Below the pieces are notes generated by a model. The model was given only the letters and a program-made list of their open reading frames with translations, had not been told where the DNA came from and made no database searches. DNA of 64,000 nt from Spirochaetaceae bacterium (GTDB lineage: Bacteria > Spirochaetota > Spirochaetia > DSM-27196 > SLST01): the NCBI GenBank assembly GCA_007118855.1, contig SKQU01000026.1:4505-68504 (forward strand), read 5' to 3'. How positions within the stretch are numbered: the stretch's first letter is position 1; every line of letters starts with the position of its first letter. Below, one piece after another: positions 55,334-64,000 of the stretch. The translations under genes were made by a program, and so were the position numbers.

Positions 55334-56412
55334 TGAGCATGGAACACCGATTCGTCGTGCTCGACGGTGATCAGACCGGACAGGAGCTGCTCGAAGAGGC
55401 CCTGCGCGTGCTCGACGAACGGGTCATCGGCTTCAAGCTCGAGCCGGTGCGCTACGACCTGTCGCTCGGCCACCGCCGCGAGACCGGGAACCGGGTCGTG
55501 TACGAGGCGGGCGCGGCGATCCGCGAGCACCGGGTGGCGATCAAGGCGGCAACGATCACCCCGGAGGGATCCGATGACGTCGGCAGTCCCAACCGGATTC
55601 TGCGGGAGGAGATCGACGCACAGGTGATCCTGCGCACTGGCCGCCGCATTCCCGGCGTTCGACCCATCGCCGGCGTCTTCGCGCCGATCAGCGTGGTGCG
55701 CATGGCGCGTGACGACGCCTACGGCGCGAAGGAGTGGCGCGAAGCCTCGGACGGCGACGAGATCGCATACCGGACCGAGAAGATCTCGCGCAGCGTCTGC
55801 CGCGCCGTGGCCCGTTACGCCTTCATCCACGCCAAGCGCGTGGGAGCAAAGGTGTTCGGCGGCCCCAAGTTCACGGTCAGCCCGGTCTACGAAGGGATGT
55901 TCAAGGAGGAGATGGACGCGGCCGCGGCGGAACACCCGGAGGTGGAGTACGAACCGCAGCTCATCGACGCCACCTTCGCGCTCCTGCTGGCGACCAGCGG
56001 TGATCCGCTCGTCATACCTTCGCTCAACCGCGACGGAGACCTGCTTTCGGACATGGTCCTGCAGATGTTCGGCTCGATTGCCGGGTCGGAGTCCATGGTC
56101 ATCTCGCTCGACGAAGCCGGGAACGTCGCCGGTGTCATGGCCGAGGCGCCGCACGGAACCGCGCCTGGACTGCAGGGCAGGAACGTCGCGAACCCCATGG
56201 CGATGGTACTCGCCGCGGCCGGCATGCTCGCGCATCTGCGCATGCCGCAGGCGCAACGCGCGAGCCGCGCGGTGTACGAGGCGACGCTCGAGAGCGTCTA
56301 TGAGGGAAACCGCACCGCGGATCTCGGGGGGACGTCGAGCACCACCGCCTTCACCGACGAGGTCATTCGGCGGGTGAAGAGCAAGGTTGAGGTGTGGGCT
56401 GCGATGGGGTGA
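55333..56412 (+). CDS. Isocitrate/isopropylmalate-dehydrogenase-family protein (short type-II NADP-IDH-like)
   Basis: VVLDGDQTGQELL, AIKAATITPEG, NRDGDLLSD and HGTAPGLQGRNVANP. 359-360 aa. The start overlaps the metY stop (GTGATG). Confidence 0.8.
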   Translation: MSMEHRFVVLDGDQTGQELLEEALRVLDERVIGFKLEPVRYDLSLGHRRETGNRVVYEAGAAIREHRVAIKAATITPEGSDDVGSPNRILREEIDAQVILRTGRRIPGVRPIAGVFAPISVVRMARDDAYGAKEWREASDGDEIAYRTEKISRSVCRAVARYAFIHAKRVGAKVFGGPKFTVSPVYEGMFKEEMDAAAAEHPEVEYEPQLIDATFALLLATSGDPLVIPSLNRDGDLLSDMVLQMFGSIAGSESMVISLDEAGNVAGVMAEAPHGTAPGLQGRNVANPMAMVLAAAGMLAHLRMPQAQRASRAVYEATLESVYEGNRTADLGGTSSTTAFTDEVIRRVKSKVEVWAAMG

Positions 56413-57022
56413 GGGGCGGGAGTCCCACGGGTCGCGGCCCGAAGGCAACGGTCCCGCGGCCCAGCGCGTCGAGAGCCGCCCGGCGGGCGTCTGCGGCCGC
56501 CAGAGAGCGGACCGTCAGACTCAGCAGGGCCGACGAGACGCCGACGACGGTCGCGGGGATCAGTTCGGCCGGTGTGAGCGACCGCCAGCGCGTTCTGATC
56601 GCGTCGCAGCTGCTCTGCAGGTAGTTCAGGTTGCGCGACTGCACCGACGGCGGCAACAGCCTCGCGACCAGGATTGCGCTCATCACGCCGAGCGCGAGGT
56701 CCGCGGCGGCGAAGACGACCGAGGCCCCCCGCTCGCCGTTGATGTAGTGACCGAGCCCGGGGGCGATCCACGACGAAACCGCCGAGCGATGGACGTGGGC
56801 ACGCTCCTGCCCCGCGACCGACATCAGGTCCAGACCCGTGCCGATCTCACCGGCCGTCAGGCTCACGAGTGGTCTGTCGTGCCACGCCGCGCGAAGTGAC
56901 GCCAGTTGCTCTTCGGCCGGCGTGAGCGCCGCCGGCGGCTCGTCCGCCGCGAGCCGCGCGGACCCCGCGGTCAGGAGAGCCAGGAGGGCGAGCCACCAGA
57001 CCGTGCGGCGGGTCGGTCGCAT
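56363..57022 (-). CDS. Uncharacterised exported/membrane protein
   Basis: 219 aa. Signal-like MRPTRRTVWWLALLALLTAGSA and an internal PGLGHYINGE plus TM segment. Its ATG lies 2 nt after the upstream stop. The 3' end overlaps the convergent IDH-like gene by 50 nt. Confidence 0.55.
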   Translation of the reverse strand: MRPTRRTVWWLALLALLTAGSARLAADEPPAALTPAEEQLASLRAAWHDRPLVSLTAGEIGTGLDLMSVAGQERAHVHRSAVSSWIAPGLGHYINGERGASVVFAAADLALGVMSAILVARLLPPSVQSRNLNYLQSSCDAIRTRWRSLTPAELIPATVVGVSSALLSLTVRSLAAADARRAALDALGRGTVAFGPRPVGLPPLTPSQPTPQPCSSPAE

Positions 57023-57023
57023 C

Positions 57024-57704
57024 TCACGCTTCCAGGTACCGCTCGTAGTCCGACACGAGCAGATGAACCGGCTTCTCGTCCTCCTCGATCTCCGGATACC
57101 GGCCGAGCGGCGTGTAGAAGCGATTGTCCGTCTCGTCGTCGTTGACCTTGCTCACCTCGCCGGTGAGGACGAGGCCTGATCCGGGTTCTCCGTAGAACCG
57201 ATGGTAGAGTCGCGGCACGAGGGTGATGCTCTCCCCCGGTTCGAGCACGACGGTCCCGCCGGCGTCGACGGTGCGGTCGATCGCGTCGACCGACACGGTC
57301 ACCGGCTCATCCGAGAACTCGTCGTCGTCGGTGGCGCCGTAGAGCTCGAGGACGAGGCGGCCGCCTCCCCGGTTGATAATGTCCTCGGTCTTGTTCCAGT
57401 GATAGTGAAAGGGCGTCTCCTGGTTCTCGCGGACGATCATGATCTTCTCCGCGTAGGGGCGGATCGGATCGCCGGCCTCTCCGTTGCGCATGGCAAAAAG
57501 CAGCAGCCCGCGCTCCAGGTAGGGGCCTCCCCCGAAGTCGGTGACGTCCCACCCGAGCTTGTGCCGCACGATTCGACCGCAGGATGACGACCTGCGCCTC
57601 CATTCGTCCGGCTCCCAGAATGCCCACGGCGGGAGGTGAAAGCGCATGGAGGCGAAGAACTCCTTCGCCTCGACGATATAGCGGTTGATCTCACTGCGTG
57701 TCAT
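57024..57704 (-). CDS. D-lyxose/D-mannose ketol-isomerase (cupin)
   Basis: 226 aa. AEKIMIVRENQETPFHYHWNKTEDIINRGGGRLVLEL and GEVSKVNDDETDN align closely by eye with the E. coli O157 D-lyxose isomerase I recall. Confidence 0.85.
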   Translation of the reverse strand: MTRSEINRYIVEAKEFFASMRFHLPPWAFWEPDEWRRRSSSCGRIVRHKLGWDVTDFGGGPYLERGLLLFAMRNGEAGDPIRPYAEKIMIVRENQETPFHYHWNKTEDIINRGGGRLVLELYGATDDDEFSDEPVTVSVDAIDRTVDAGGTVVLEPGESITLVPRLYHRFYGEPGSGLVLTGEVSKVNDDETDNRFYTPLGRYPEIEEDEKPVHLLVSDYERYLEA

Positions 57705-57924
57705 TGTGCGTATTCTGCGGGTAAGGCTCGAGGTCGTCAATACGATCTGGACGCTCAGAAAGCACGAGCATCGCGATGACGTACACGATGATGCCTGCGC
57801 CGGCCGCCAGTCCCAGCAGCACGAATCCTGCACGAACCGGCATGGGCTCTATGCCCATGGCATCGGCCAGCCCGCTGCATACACCAGCGATCACCTTGTC
57901 CCTTCCCAGATACACAGCGCGCAT
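57691..57924 (-). CDS. PspC-domain membrane protein
   Basis: 77 aa. LGRDKVIAGVCSGLADAMGIEPMPVRAGFVL followed by a TM helix. ATG 57924 is preferred over TTG 57930. Confidence 0.7.
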   Translation of the reverse strand: MRAVYLGRDKVIAGVCSGLADAMGIEPMPVRAGFVLLGLAAGAGIIVYVIAMLVLSERPDRIDDLEPYPQNTHNDTQ

Positions 57925-58005
57925 GGACAACTACTACAACCAATTCGGCCGGTTGACAACTGCCGCGGGGCCCGGAGATACTTTCCGACGAAGGACCGGG
58001 GAGCC

Positions 58006-58599
58006 ATGAACGACAAGGTGGGACGCAAGAGCGCCAACCGCGAGAGGATCATCCGCGCGGCGGCGAAGCTGATCATCGAGAAAGGGGTTGCCAACACCAG
58101 CCTTGCAGACATTGCCGATGAAGCCGGGATCAGCAAGGGCACGCTCTACTACTACTACCCGACGAAGGGTGATCTGGTCTTCGACATCAGCGTGCGCCAT
58201 ATGGACCATATCACCACCTCGATCCGCTCGTGGATCGCGGGGCACGGACGCGAAGAGGGTGCTGAACGGGTGCTCCAGATGGTCGTGGAGACGATTCTGA
58301 AGTCGGAGACCCGCGGCTATATCCATTTCTACCTGATCCAGGAGGCCCTCAGCGGGAACCACGAGTCACTGCGTCTGCGGTTCACCGAGGAGTACGATCG
58401 ATGGCTCGAGCTGATCGCGGAAGGCCTGCGGCAGATCATGGAGCCGCAGACCGACTTCGCGACCGTGTCGCGCATCATTCTCTCGAGCATAGACGGACTG
58501 CTCCTGCAGAATCTGCTCCGGGTCGGCCCCATCCCGCTCGAACGGATCAGCAGGTATTTCGCGTCCAACCAGATTGCCGGTGAATCTCCTCCTGCTTGA
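58006..58599 (+). CDS. TetR/AcrR-family transcriptional regulator
   Basis: 197 aa. HTH RIIRAAAKLIIEKGVANTSLADIADEAGISKGTLYYYYPTKGDL. Divergent from the pspC-like operon. Confidence 0.88.
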   Translation: MNDKVGRKSANRERIIRAAAKLIIEKGVANTSLADIADEAGISKGTLYYYYPTKGDLVFDISVRHMDHITTSIRSWIAGHGREEGAERVLQMVVETILKSETRGYIHFYLIQEALSGNHESLRLRFTEEYDRWLELIAEGLRQIMEPQTDFATVSRIILSSIDGLLLQNLLRVGPIPLERISRYFASNQIAGESPPA

Positions 58600-59317
58600 G
58601 CCGGACGAGCGCGTCCTCGGGCCCCGCGATGTGCGGACGAGGCACATCCGCCGGGTGCTGCGACTCGGCCCCGGCGACAGGGTCCGCGCCGGAGAAATCG
58701 GCGGGCGTATCGGCATCGCCCGGATCGTCCGGGTGGCCGCAGGGGGATTGGAGCTCGATTTCGAGCCGTCTCTCGACCCGCCGGCACTGCCTCCGGTGGA
58801 GATCCTGCTCGGTCACCCTCGCCCGATCGTTCTCAGGCGGTTGCTCCGGGATCTGGCGGCGATAGGGCCGGCGCGCGTGCTGGTTGTCGCCACGGAGCTC
58901 GGTGAGCGCAGCTACTTCGATTCCACCCTCTGGGACGACACACGCACGCCCATGCTCGAGGGCGCTTCACAGGGCGGCTCAACCCTCGTGCCGCAGCTCG
59001 AGAGGGCCCGTTCGCTGGAAACGGCCGTGAGTCTGCTGCGTTCCCCGCTTTCCCGACGGCTCGTGCTCCATCAGCGCGAGGGGGCTGCGCATTTCGGCCG
59101 CGAATCCGTCTCCGCGGGCGCGCGATGGGCCGCCGTCGCGGTCGGCTCGGAGCGGGGGTGGAGTGACCGCGAGGTCGAGCTGCTCCTGGCGCACGGCTTC
59201 TCGCCGTGCACTCTCGGCCCGCGTACTCTTCGCACCGAGACGGCTGCCGTGATCGCCGCCTGGCAAGCGGTTTCGTGGTACCATGGGCGACATGAAGGGA
59301 GTACGGCTGGCGACTGA
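58580..59317 (+). CDS. rsmE: 16S rRNA (uracil1498-N3)-methyltransferase
   Basis: C-terminal AVGSERGWSDREVELL..GF..CTLGPRTLRTETAA motif. The start is ambiguous (TTG 58574 or GTG 58580, which gives VNLLLLE). Confidence 0.8.
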   Translation: MNLLLLEPDERVLGPRDVRTRHIRRVLRLGPGDRVRAGEIGGRIGIARIVRVAAGGLELDFEPSLDPPALPPVEILLGHPRPIVLRRLLRDLAAIGPARVLVVATELGERSYFDSTLWDDTRTPMLEGASQGGSTLVPQLERARSLETAVSLLRSPLSRRLVLHQREGAAHFGRESVSAGARWAAVAVGSERGWSDREVELLLAHGFSPCTLGPRTLRTETAAVIAAWQAVSWYHGRHEGSTAGD

Positions 59318-59888
59318 CCGCCTTATGGTGCGGGATCTGCCGCCGCGCGATGCACAGCGGGTCGCACGATTTCACCACGAGAATTGGCATTTTCACCGGC
59401 AGTGGGAGCCGTACAGGAACGGTGAGTACTTCACCGCACAGATGCAGCGGCGGGTGCTGCGCCTGGAAGCCCGGTCGGATTCGAAGCTCCACCTCTGGCT
59501 TCTGCTGCGCGAGGGCCGCGGCACGAGCCGGGCAGACCTGCCGATCATCGGGTCGCTCGCCCTCTCGTCAATCGAGCGCGGCTCGTTGAAGAGCTGCCAG
59601 GTGGGGTACAAGATCGACGCGAGGTACGCCAGACGGGGCTACATGACGGAGGCGCTCGCCGCGGTGATCACGCACGCCTTCACGACGATGGATCTGCACC
59701 GTATGGAGGCGACCGTCATGCCGCGCAATCGGCCGTCCCGCGCGCTCCTCGAGCACCTCGGGTTCCGTGACGAGGGGTGTGCCCGCGCGCTCATACTCAT
59801 CCAGGGCGTCTGGGAGGATCACCTGCGGCTGGCGATGCTTCGCGACGAGTGGCGCGGCGTCGGCGACAAAGGCGACGCCCGGTCTTGA
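59292..59888 (+). CDS. GNAT-family N-acetyltransferase (RimJ/RimL-like)
   Basis: QVGYKIDARYARRGYMTEAL and HRMEATVMPRNRPSRALLEHLGFRDEG. An alternative ATG lies at 59283. Confidence 0.8.
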   Translation: MKGVRLATDRLMVRDLPPRDAQRVARFHHENWHFHRQWEPYRNGEYFTAQMQRRVLRLEARSDSKLHLWLLLREGRGTSRADLPIIGSLALSSIERGSLKSCQVGYKIDARYARRGYMTEALAAVITHAFTTMDLHRMEATVMPRNRPSRALLEHLGFRDEGCARALILIQGVWEDHLRLAMLRDEWRGVGDKGDARS

Positions 59889-59913
59889 CCCGCGGATCGG
59901 GCTTTACTATATC
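59885..59913 (+). promoter_or_regulatory. Candidate rpmB promoter (TTGACC-N17-TATATC)
   Basis: TTGACC at 59885-59890 and TATATC at 59908-59913. AGGAG SD precedes ATG 59938. Confidence 0.35.
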
Positions 59914-59937
59914 TTATCTCTACCAAGGCAGGAGTGT

Positions 59938-60177
59938 ATGGCCAGGAAATGTACGATCACCGGTAAGAAGCCGCTTTCAGGGAACAATATCTCGCACGCT
60001 CACAACAAGACGCGGCGGATGCAACTGCCGAATATCCGAAAGAAACGGATCTACGTGCCGGAGCTCGGACGATTTGTACGCCTTACGGTATCCACGCGCG
60101 CCCTGCGTTCAATCAGCAAGGTCGGGCTGCTCGCCTATCTGAAGAAGCACGACCTGCAGCTCAAAGACGTCACCTGA
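59938..60177 (+). CDS. rpmB: 50S ribosomal protein L28
   Basis: 79 aa. MARKCTITGKKPLSGNNISHAHNKTRR is a typical L28 N-terminus. Confidence 0.93.
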   Translation: MARKCTITGKKPLSGNNISHAHNKTRRMQLPNIRKKRIYVPELGRFVRLTVSTRALRSISKVGLLAYLKKHDLQLKDVT

Positions 60178-60196
60178 TCTCATCCCGGGCCTCCGG

Positions 60197-62764
60197 CTAC
60201 AGCTTGCCGGATTCCTTCGCGATCTTCAGCGCCGTCGTCACGTCGATCTTCTCGATTTCCTCACCGCTGCGCCGCTCCTCCGGGAGCGTGATATTCTTCT
60301 TGCCCACCTTGATGTACGGCCCGTACTTCCCGTCGTGAATCGCTACTCGCTTCCCTGAACCCGGGTCCGTTCCCAGGTCCTTGAGTACGCGCGACTGTCC
60401 GCGGCCACGCTTGGGCTCAGCAAGGATCTCCAGTGCCCGGTCGAGATCTATATCGTACGCGTTGTCCTCGCCCTTCAGGCTTCGGAAGTCCCCGTCGTGC
60501 ACGATGTAGGGGCCGAATCTCCCGTTATTGGCCACGATCTGCGTCCCCGTCTCCGGGTGGACTCCAAGGGTACGGGGCAGGCTCAGGAGCCGGACCGCCT
60601 CCGCCACCGTCACCTCCTTTGGAGAGGCCTCCTTCGGCAGGGTGGCCCGCTTTGGCTTTGGGTTCTCCTCGGTCTTCTCACCGAGCTGGAGGTACGGCCC
60701 GTATCGCCCCACGAGCGAGAAGATGGGCTCCCCGCTGTCAGGGTGATGCCCAATGGGCACGGGACCGTTCTTCTGGATCTCAATGATCTCCCTGACATCC
60801 TCTTCGGTCAGATCGGCCGGCGCGATTTCCTCCGGGATGGACGCGTGGATCTCCTGCCCGTCGATCTGTTCGACGACGTACGGACCGAACTTGCCGATCC
60901 TGATGTTCGGGACCGACTTCAGCTGCGGCAGCGACACCTTGCGGCATTCCTCGGGTTCGATCTCCGACTCGCGCTCGTCCACGCGCTGCTTCAGACCGTT
61001 CCCGCCACAGTAGAAACCGCGAAGATAGTCGAGTCGGTCCCGCTCCCCGTACGAGATCTCGTCAAGTGCCGCCTCCATCTCGGAGGTGAAGCTGTACTCG
61101 ATCAGGTAGTGGAAGTGCTGTTCGAGCAGCTGCATGACCGCGTAGCCGGTGAAAGTGGGGACGAGGGCGTTGCCCTGCTTTCGGATGTATCCGCGCTCGA
61201 AGAGCACGCTGATGATCGACGCATAGGTCGACGGGCGACCGATGCCTTCCTTCTCGAGCCGCTGGACCAGGCTTGCTTCCGTGTAGCGTGCCGGCGGCTT
61301 GGTCTCGTGGAACACGCTCTCGAGGGCGGCCACACGGAGCGTCTGGCCCTCGCGCAGCTCAGGGAGAAAGGTCTCCTTGTCGTCGAGCGCGGCCTCCGGG
61401 TCGTCCTTCCCCTCAACGTAGACCCGGATGTACCCGGGGAACAGAATCCGTGTGCCGGTGGCGGTGAACACCGCATCGCCTACTTCTATCTTGGCAGTTA
61501 CCGAGGATTTTCGCGCCTCCGCCATCTGACTCGCGAGGGTGCGTTTCCAGATAAGCTCGTAGAGCGAGCGTTCCTTGCCCTCGAGGTCCGTGTCGTCGGG
61601 ATGGACGAACCGCTCACCGGCGGGGCGGATCGCCTCGTGCGCCTCCTGGGCGTCGCGACTGTTCGCGGCGAAACGTCGCGGTTCGGCCGAGAGGAACTCA
61701 TCGCCGTAGAGCTCGCTGACACTCGATCTCGCCCCGGTCAGGCCTTCCTGGGACAGGGCGGGGGAGTCGGTCCTCATGTAGGTGATGAACCCTCTCTCGT
61801 AGAGGCGCTGCGCGGTGCGCATCGTATCACGGGCCGAGAGCCGCAGTTTCCTGTTGCCCTCCTGCTGAAGGCTCGAGGTGATGAAGGGAGCCGCCGGACG
61901 TGAGCTGAACTGCTTCTCCGTGAGCGACCGGACGGTCCACTCCCGATTCCGTATGTCGTCGGCGAGTTTCTTCGCCGCAGCCTCGTCGAGGACCACGACG
62001 TCGCGATCCTTGAGCACGCTCCCGTCTATCGCGTCGAAGTCCCTGCCGCCTGCCACTCGAGTGCCGCCCACCGACTCGAGCCGGGCGTCAAACGGCGGTT
62101 CGGTGTCGCCCGCCTCCTCCGCGCAACGCTGCAGTTGGGCCCGCAGGTCCCAGTAGACGGCCTTGCGAAAGGCTATCCGCTCGCGTTCCCGCTCCACGAT
62201 CAGGCGCAGACCCGGCGATTGCACGCGACCGGCGGACAGCCCGTAGGCGATCTTCTTCCAGATGAGCGGGCTCAAGGTGTAGCCGTAGAGCCGGTCGAGG
62301 ATCCGCCTCGTCTCCTGGGCGTTCACGAGGTTCATGTCGATGGGTCGACCGTGCTCGAGGGCGTGTTCGATCGCCGTGCGGGTTATCTCGTGGAACACCA
62401 TACGACGTACCGGGACCTTCGGCTTCAGCACCTCGACGAGGTGCCACGAGATGCTCTCGCCTTCACGGTCTTCGTCGGTAGCCAGGAGCACCTCGTCGGC
62501 ATCCTTCAGGCGGTCCTTCAGCTCACGCACGATCTTGGCCTTGTCGCGCGGAGTGATGTAGAACGGGCTGAAGTCGTTCTCCACATCGATGCCGAGCCTG
62601 GCCCAGTCGAGCCCCTTGAGCTTTCGGGGGATGTCCGAGGCGCGCTGAGGGAGATCGCGGATGTGCCCTATGCTTGCCTCGACGTGATAGTCCGAGCCGA
62701 GGAACCGCTTGATTGTGCGCGCCTTGGTCGGCGATTCTACGATTACCAGTTTCTTTGCTGCCAT
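60197..62764 (-). CDS. topA: DNA topoisomerase I (Cys-less C-terminal repeat type)
   Basis: 855 aa from ATG 62764. Toprim LVIVESPTKARTIKRFLG. Active-site region ITYMRTDS. Four C-terminal G(K/R)(F/Y)GPY repeats without CxxC. The track ORF has a spurious 117-codon 5' extension. Confidence 0.95.
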   Translation of the reverse strand: MAAKKLVIVESPTKARTIKRFLGSDYHVEASIGHIRDLPQRASDIPRKLKGLDWARLGIDVENDFSPFYITPRDKAKIVRELKDRLKDADEVLLATDEDREGESISWHLVEVLKPKVPVRRMVFHEITRTAIEHALEHGRPIDMNLVNAQETRRILDRLYGYTLSPLIWKKIAYGLSAGRVQSPGLRLIVERERERIAFRKAVYWDLRAQLQRCAEEAGDTEPPFDARLESVGGTRVAGGRDFDAIDGSVLKDRDVVVLDEAAAKKLADDIRNREWTVRSLTEKQFSSRPAAPFITSSLQQEGNRKLRLSARDTMRTAQRLYERGFITYMRTDSPALSQEGLTGARSSVSELYGDEFLSAEPRRFAANSRDAQEAHEAIRPAGERFVHPDDTDLEGKERSLYELIWKRTLASQMAEARKSSVTAKIEVGDAVFTATGTRILFPGYIRVYVEGKDDPEAALDDKETFLPELREGQTLRVAALESVFHETKPPARYTEASLVQRLEKEGIGRPSTYASIISVLFERGYIRKQGNALVPTFTGYAVMQLLEQHFHYLIEYSFTSEMEAALDEISYGERDRLDYLRGFYCGGNGLKQRVDERESEIEPEECRKVSLPQLKSVPNIRIGKFGPYVVEQIDGQEIHASIPEEIAPADLTEEDVREIIEIQKNGPVPIGHHPDSGEPIFSLVGRYGPYLQLGEKTEENPKPKRATLPKEASPKEVTVAEAVRLLSLPRTLGVHPETGTQIVANNGRFGPYIVHDGDFRSLKGEDNAYDIDLDRALEILAEPKRGRGQSRVLKDLGTDPGSGKRVAIHDGKYGPYIKVGKKNITLPEERRSGEEIEKIDVTTALKIAKESGKL

Positions 62765-62819
62765 ACACCTACCTGAATTGCCACTATGAATACAATCACT
62801 GTCGGCAAAGAGTAAAGGG

Positions 62820-63152
62820 CTACCGTTTTCGACGACGCAGGAAGTGACGGTAGCTGCCCAGGAGGTAGCCTGCCGTGAGGCGGTCGGGAACCGGGTCCTC
62901 GCCTCCGGTGAACAGCCCACCGGCGCACCGAAGGACTCGCAGAAGCCCGGCAAGGGCGCCGAGCAGCCCGTGCTTGAGGATCGCGTCACGCATATAGTGC
63001 GAGCAGGTCGGGTTGTAGATGCAGTGAGGCGGCAGACCGGGAGAGATGACGTGTTGGTAGAGCCAGACGGGGGCGGTCGCCAGCACCCGCACGGCGTGTC
63101 GCACGCGGTGCCCACGCGATCGCCCGGCTGCTTGATCTTGATCGGGCGCCAT
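62820..63152 (-). CDS. yidD: Membrane protein insertion efficiency factor YidD
   Basis: 110 aa from ATG 63152. WLYQHVISPGLPPHCIYNPTCSHYMRDAILKHG ... GGEDPVP. Confidence 0.8.
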   Translation of the reverse strand: MAPDQDQAAGRSRGHRVRHAVRVLATAPVWLYQHVISPGLPPHCIYNPTCSHYMRDAILKHGLLGALAGLLRVLRCAGGLFTGGEDPVPDRLTAGYLLGSYRHFLRRRKR

Positions 63153-63195
63153 TGGTATCCTTTGGAAGGTAACGATCAGGGAAAGGAACGCCAAG

Positions 63196-63756
63196 GTGGC
63201 ACGACGAAGCGGCAGGGGGCGCTCCCGCAAGCGGGGCGACCGGCAGCAGAAGAACGACCAGCAGCAGAAGAGGTCTTCGAAGACGACCGAGCGTCGGCGG
63301 AGCTTCGATCCTGAGAAGCATTTCATGCCTCCTCCCGTGCCCAAGCGCGAGTACGATCCGGATCCCGTCACCGGTGAGCCGATCTCTGACATCCTGTCGG
63401 CCGTCGCCGATCCGGAGACCGGCAGACCGGCGAACTTCGACTCGATGGTGCGGCGCCTCGAGGAAGAGGAGTCGGTCGGCGAGAACGAGCGGATCGTCTA
63501 CATCGGCAGAGGAGCGTTCGCCATTCTCGTGGACGACAAGAGCCGCAAACCCCGCTTCACGATTCGCAAGCGTATCCAGGTTGAAGACGAGTTCCAGAAG
63601 TACGAGTGGCGACGTGAGTTGAGCCCGGGCATATCGCGCGACTACACGCCCAATCCCCAGCCCCTTGCCGAGTTGCACGATGAGGCGGCCGCGAGCGTGC
63701 GCGACAGCGGGTACGGGAAGGCCCAACCGTCGGTCTACCTGCCAAAGAACGACTGA
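63196..63756 (+). CDS. Hypothetical protein with a highly basic N-terminus
   Basis: 186 aa. GTG start. N-terminal RRSGRGRSRKRGDRQQKNDQQQKR, then a globular-looking region. No motif recognised. Confidence 0.55.
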   Translation: MARRSGRGRSRKRGDRQQKNDQQQKRSSKTTERRRSFDPEKHFMPPPVPKREYDPDPVTGEPISDILSAVADPETGRPANFDSMVRRLEEEESVGENERIVYIGRGAFAILVDDKSRKPRFTIRKRIQVEDEFQKYEWRRELSPGISRDYTPNPQPLAELHDEAAASVRDSGYGKAQPSVYLPKND

Positions 63757-63824
63757 TCTCCGTGACGGCCCCTACGACACGTCATAAGCTGTTCCAAGGT
63801 ACGGGAATAGACTATGATGGCGCC

Positions 63825-64000
63825 ATGTCCGCGCCCGCTCTTCCTGCCCAGCTCGCCGGGCTCAACGTCTACATGGTCGGCATCAAGGGCACGGGAATGG
63901 CCGCGCTCGCCGAGATTCTCGTTGCCCGCGGGGTGAGGGTCACCGGATCGGACGTAGAGGAGACCTTCTATACCGACGCGCTCCTCGCCCGGGCACGGAT
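63825..64000 (+). CDS. murC: UDP-N-acetylmuramate--L-alanine ligase, 5' fragment (runs off the window)
   Basis: My manual translation from ATG 63825 gives MSAPALPAQLAGLNVYMVGIKGTGMAALAEILVARGVRVTGSD. This is the Mur-ligase N-terminal GxxGxGMxxLAxxL..G..V.GSD pattern. Confidence 0.6.
   Translation, partial: MSAPALPAQLAGLNVYMVGIKGTGMAALAEILVARGVRVTGSDVEETFYTDALLARAR

Noticed and set aside
53771-56448. 511-aa and 559-aa minus-strand ORFs opposite metY and the IDH-like gene; likewise 60497-61903 (+) opposite topA and 41962-43134 (-) opposite batA
   Set aside because: The sense strands carry PLP-Lys, IDH, Toprim and MIDAS motifs respectively. The antisense translations are low-complexity.

Overview
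GC-rich 64 kb chromosomal window, densely coding on both strands. I found no rRNA, tRNA, CRISPR array, transposase or integrase. Gene content and order point to a free-living, high-GC spirochaete (inference). The evidence is a CfpA-like filament gene two genes upstream of ppdK (the Treponema order as I recall it) and a moxR-DUF58-batA-batB-TPR-batD block next to infA and dksA (the Borrelia order as I recall it). About 60 CDS are supportable by motif reading. Housekeeping genes: ppdK, rph, argJ, infA, rpmB, rsmE, topA, yidD, cysK, metY, partial murC. Sugar catabolism genes: lacZ, rhaA, fucU, malQ, a GH88 hydrolase, kdgK, eda, D-lyxose isomerase, two TIM-barrel plus Gfo/Idh/MocA pairs, and AraC, LacI and TetR regulators. 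The rest are uncharacterised proteins. The most interesting material: (1) the cfpA-like locus, with a bitopic 859-aa LysM-like membrane protein, an unknown 324-aa partner and a divergent MinD/ParA ATPase; (2) a second orphan MinD/ParA ATPase with a ~300-aa unknown tail; (3) a Zn-ribbon membrane protein / HxxxD acyltransferase / degenerate CPBP module; (4) a motif-dead DEAD-box remnant fused to a DbpA-type RNA-binding domain; (5) a uronate/KDG locus lacking canonical KduI; (6) perfect palindromic operators at lacZ and lacI; (7) several apparently leaderless genes; (8) three short in-frame or intergenic tandem repeats. All functional calls rest on by-eye motif recognition. No database search or composition calculation was possible. 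The ORF track shows GTG and TTG starts as M, so many starts were re-examined and remain provisional.
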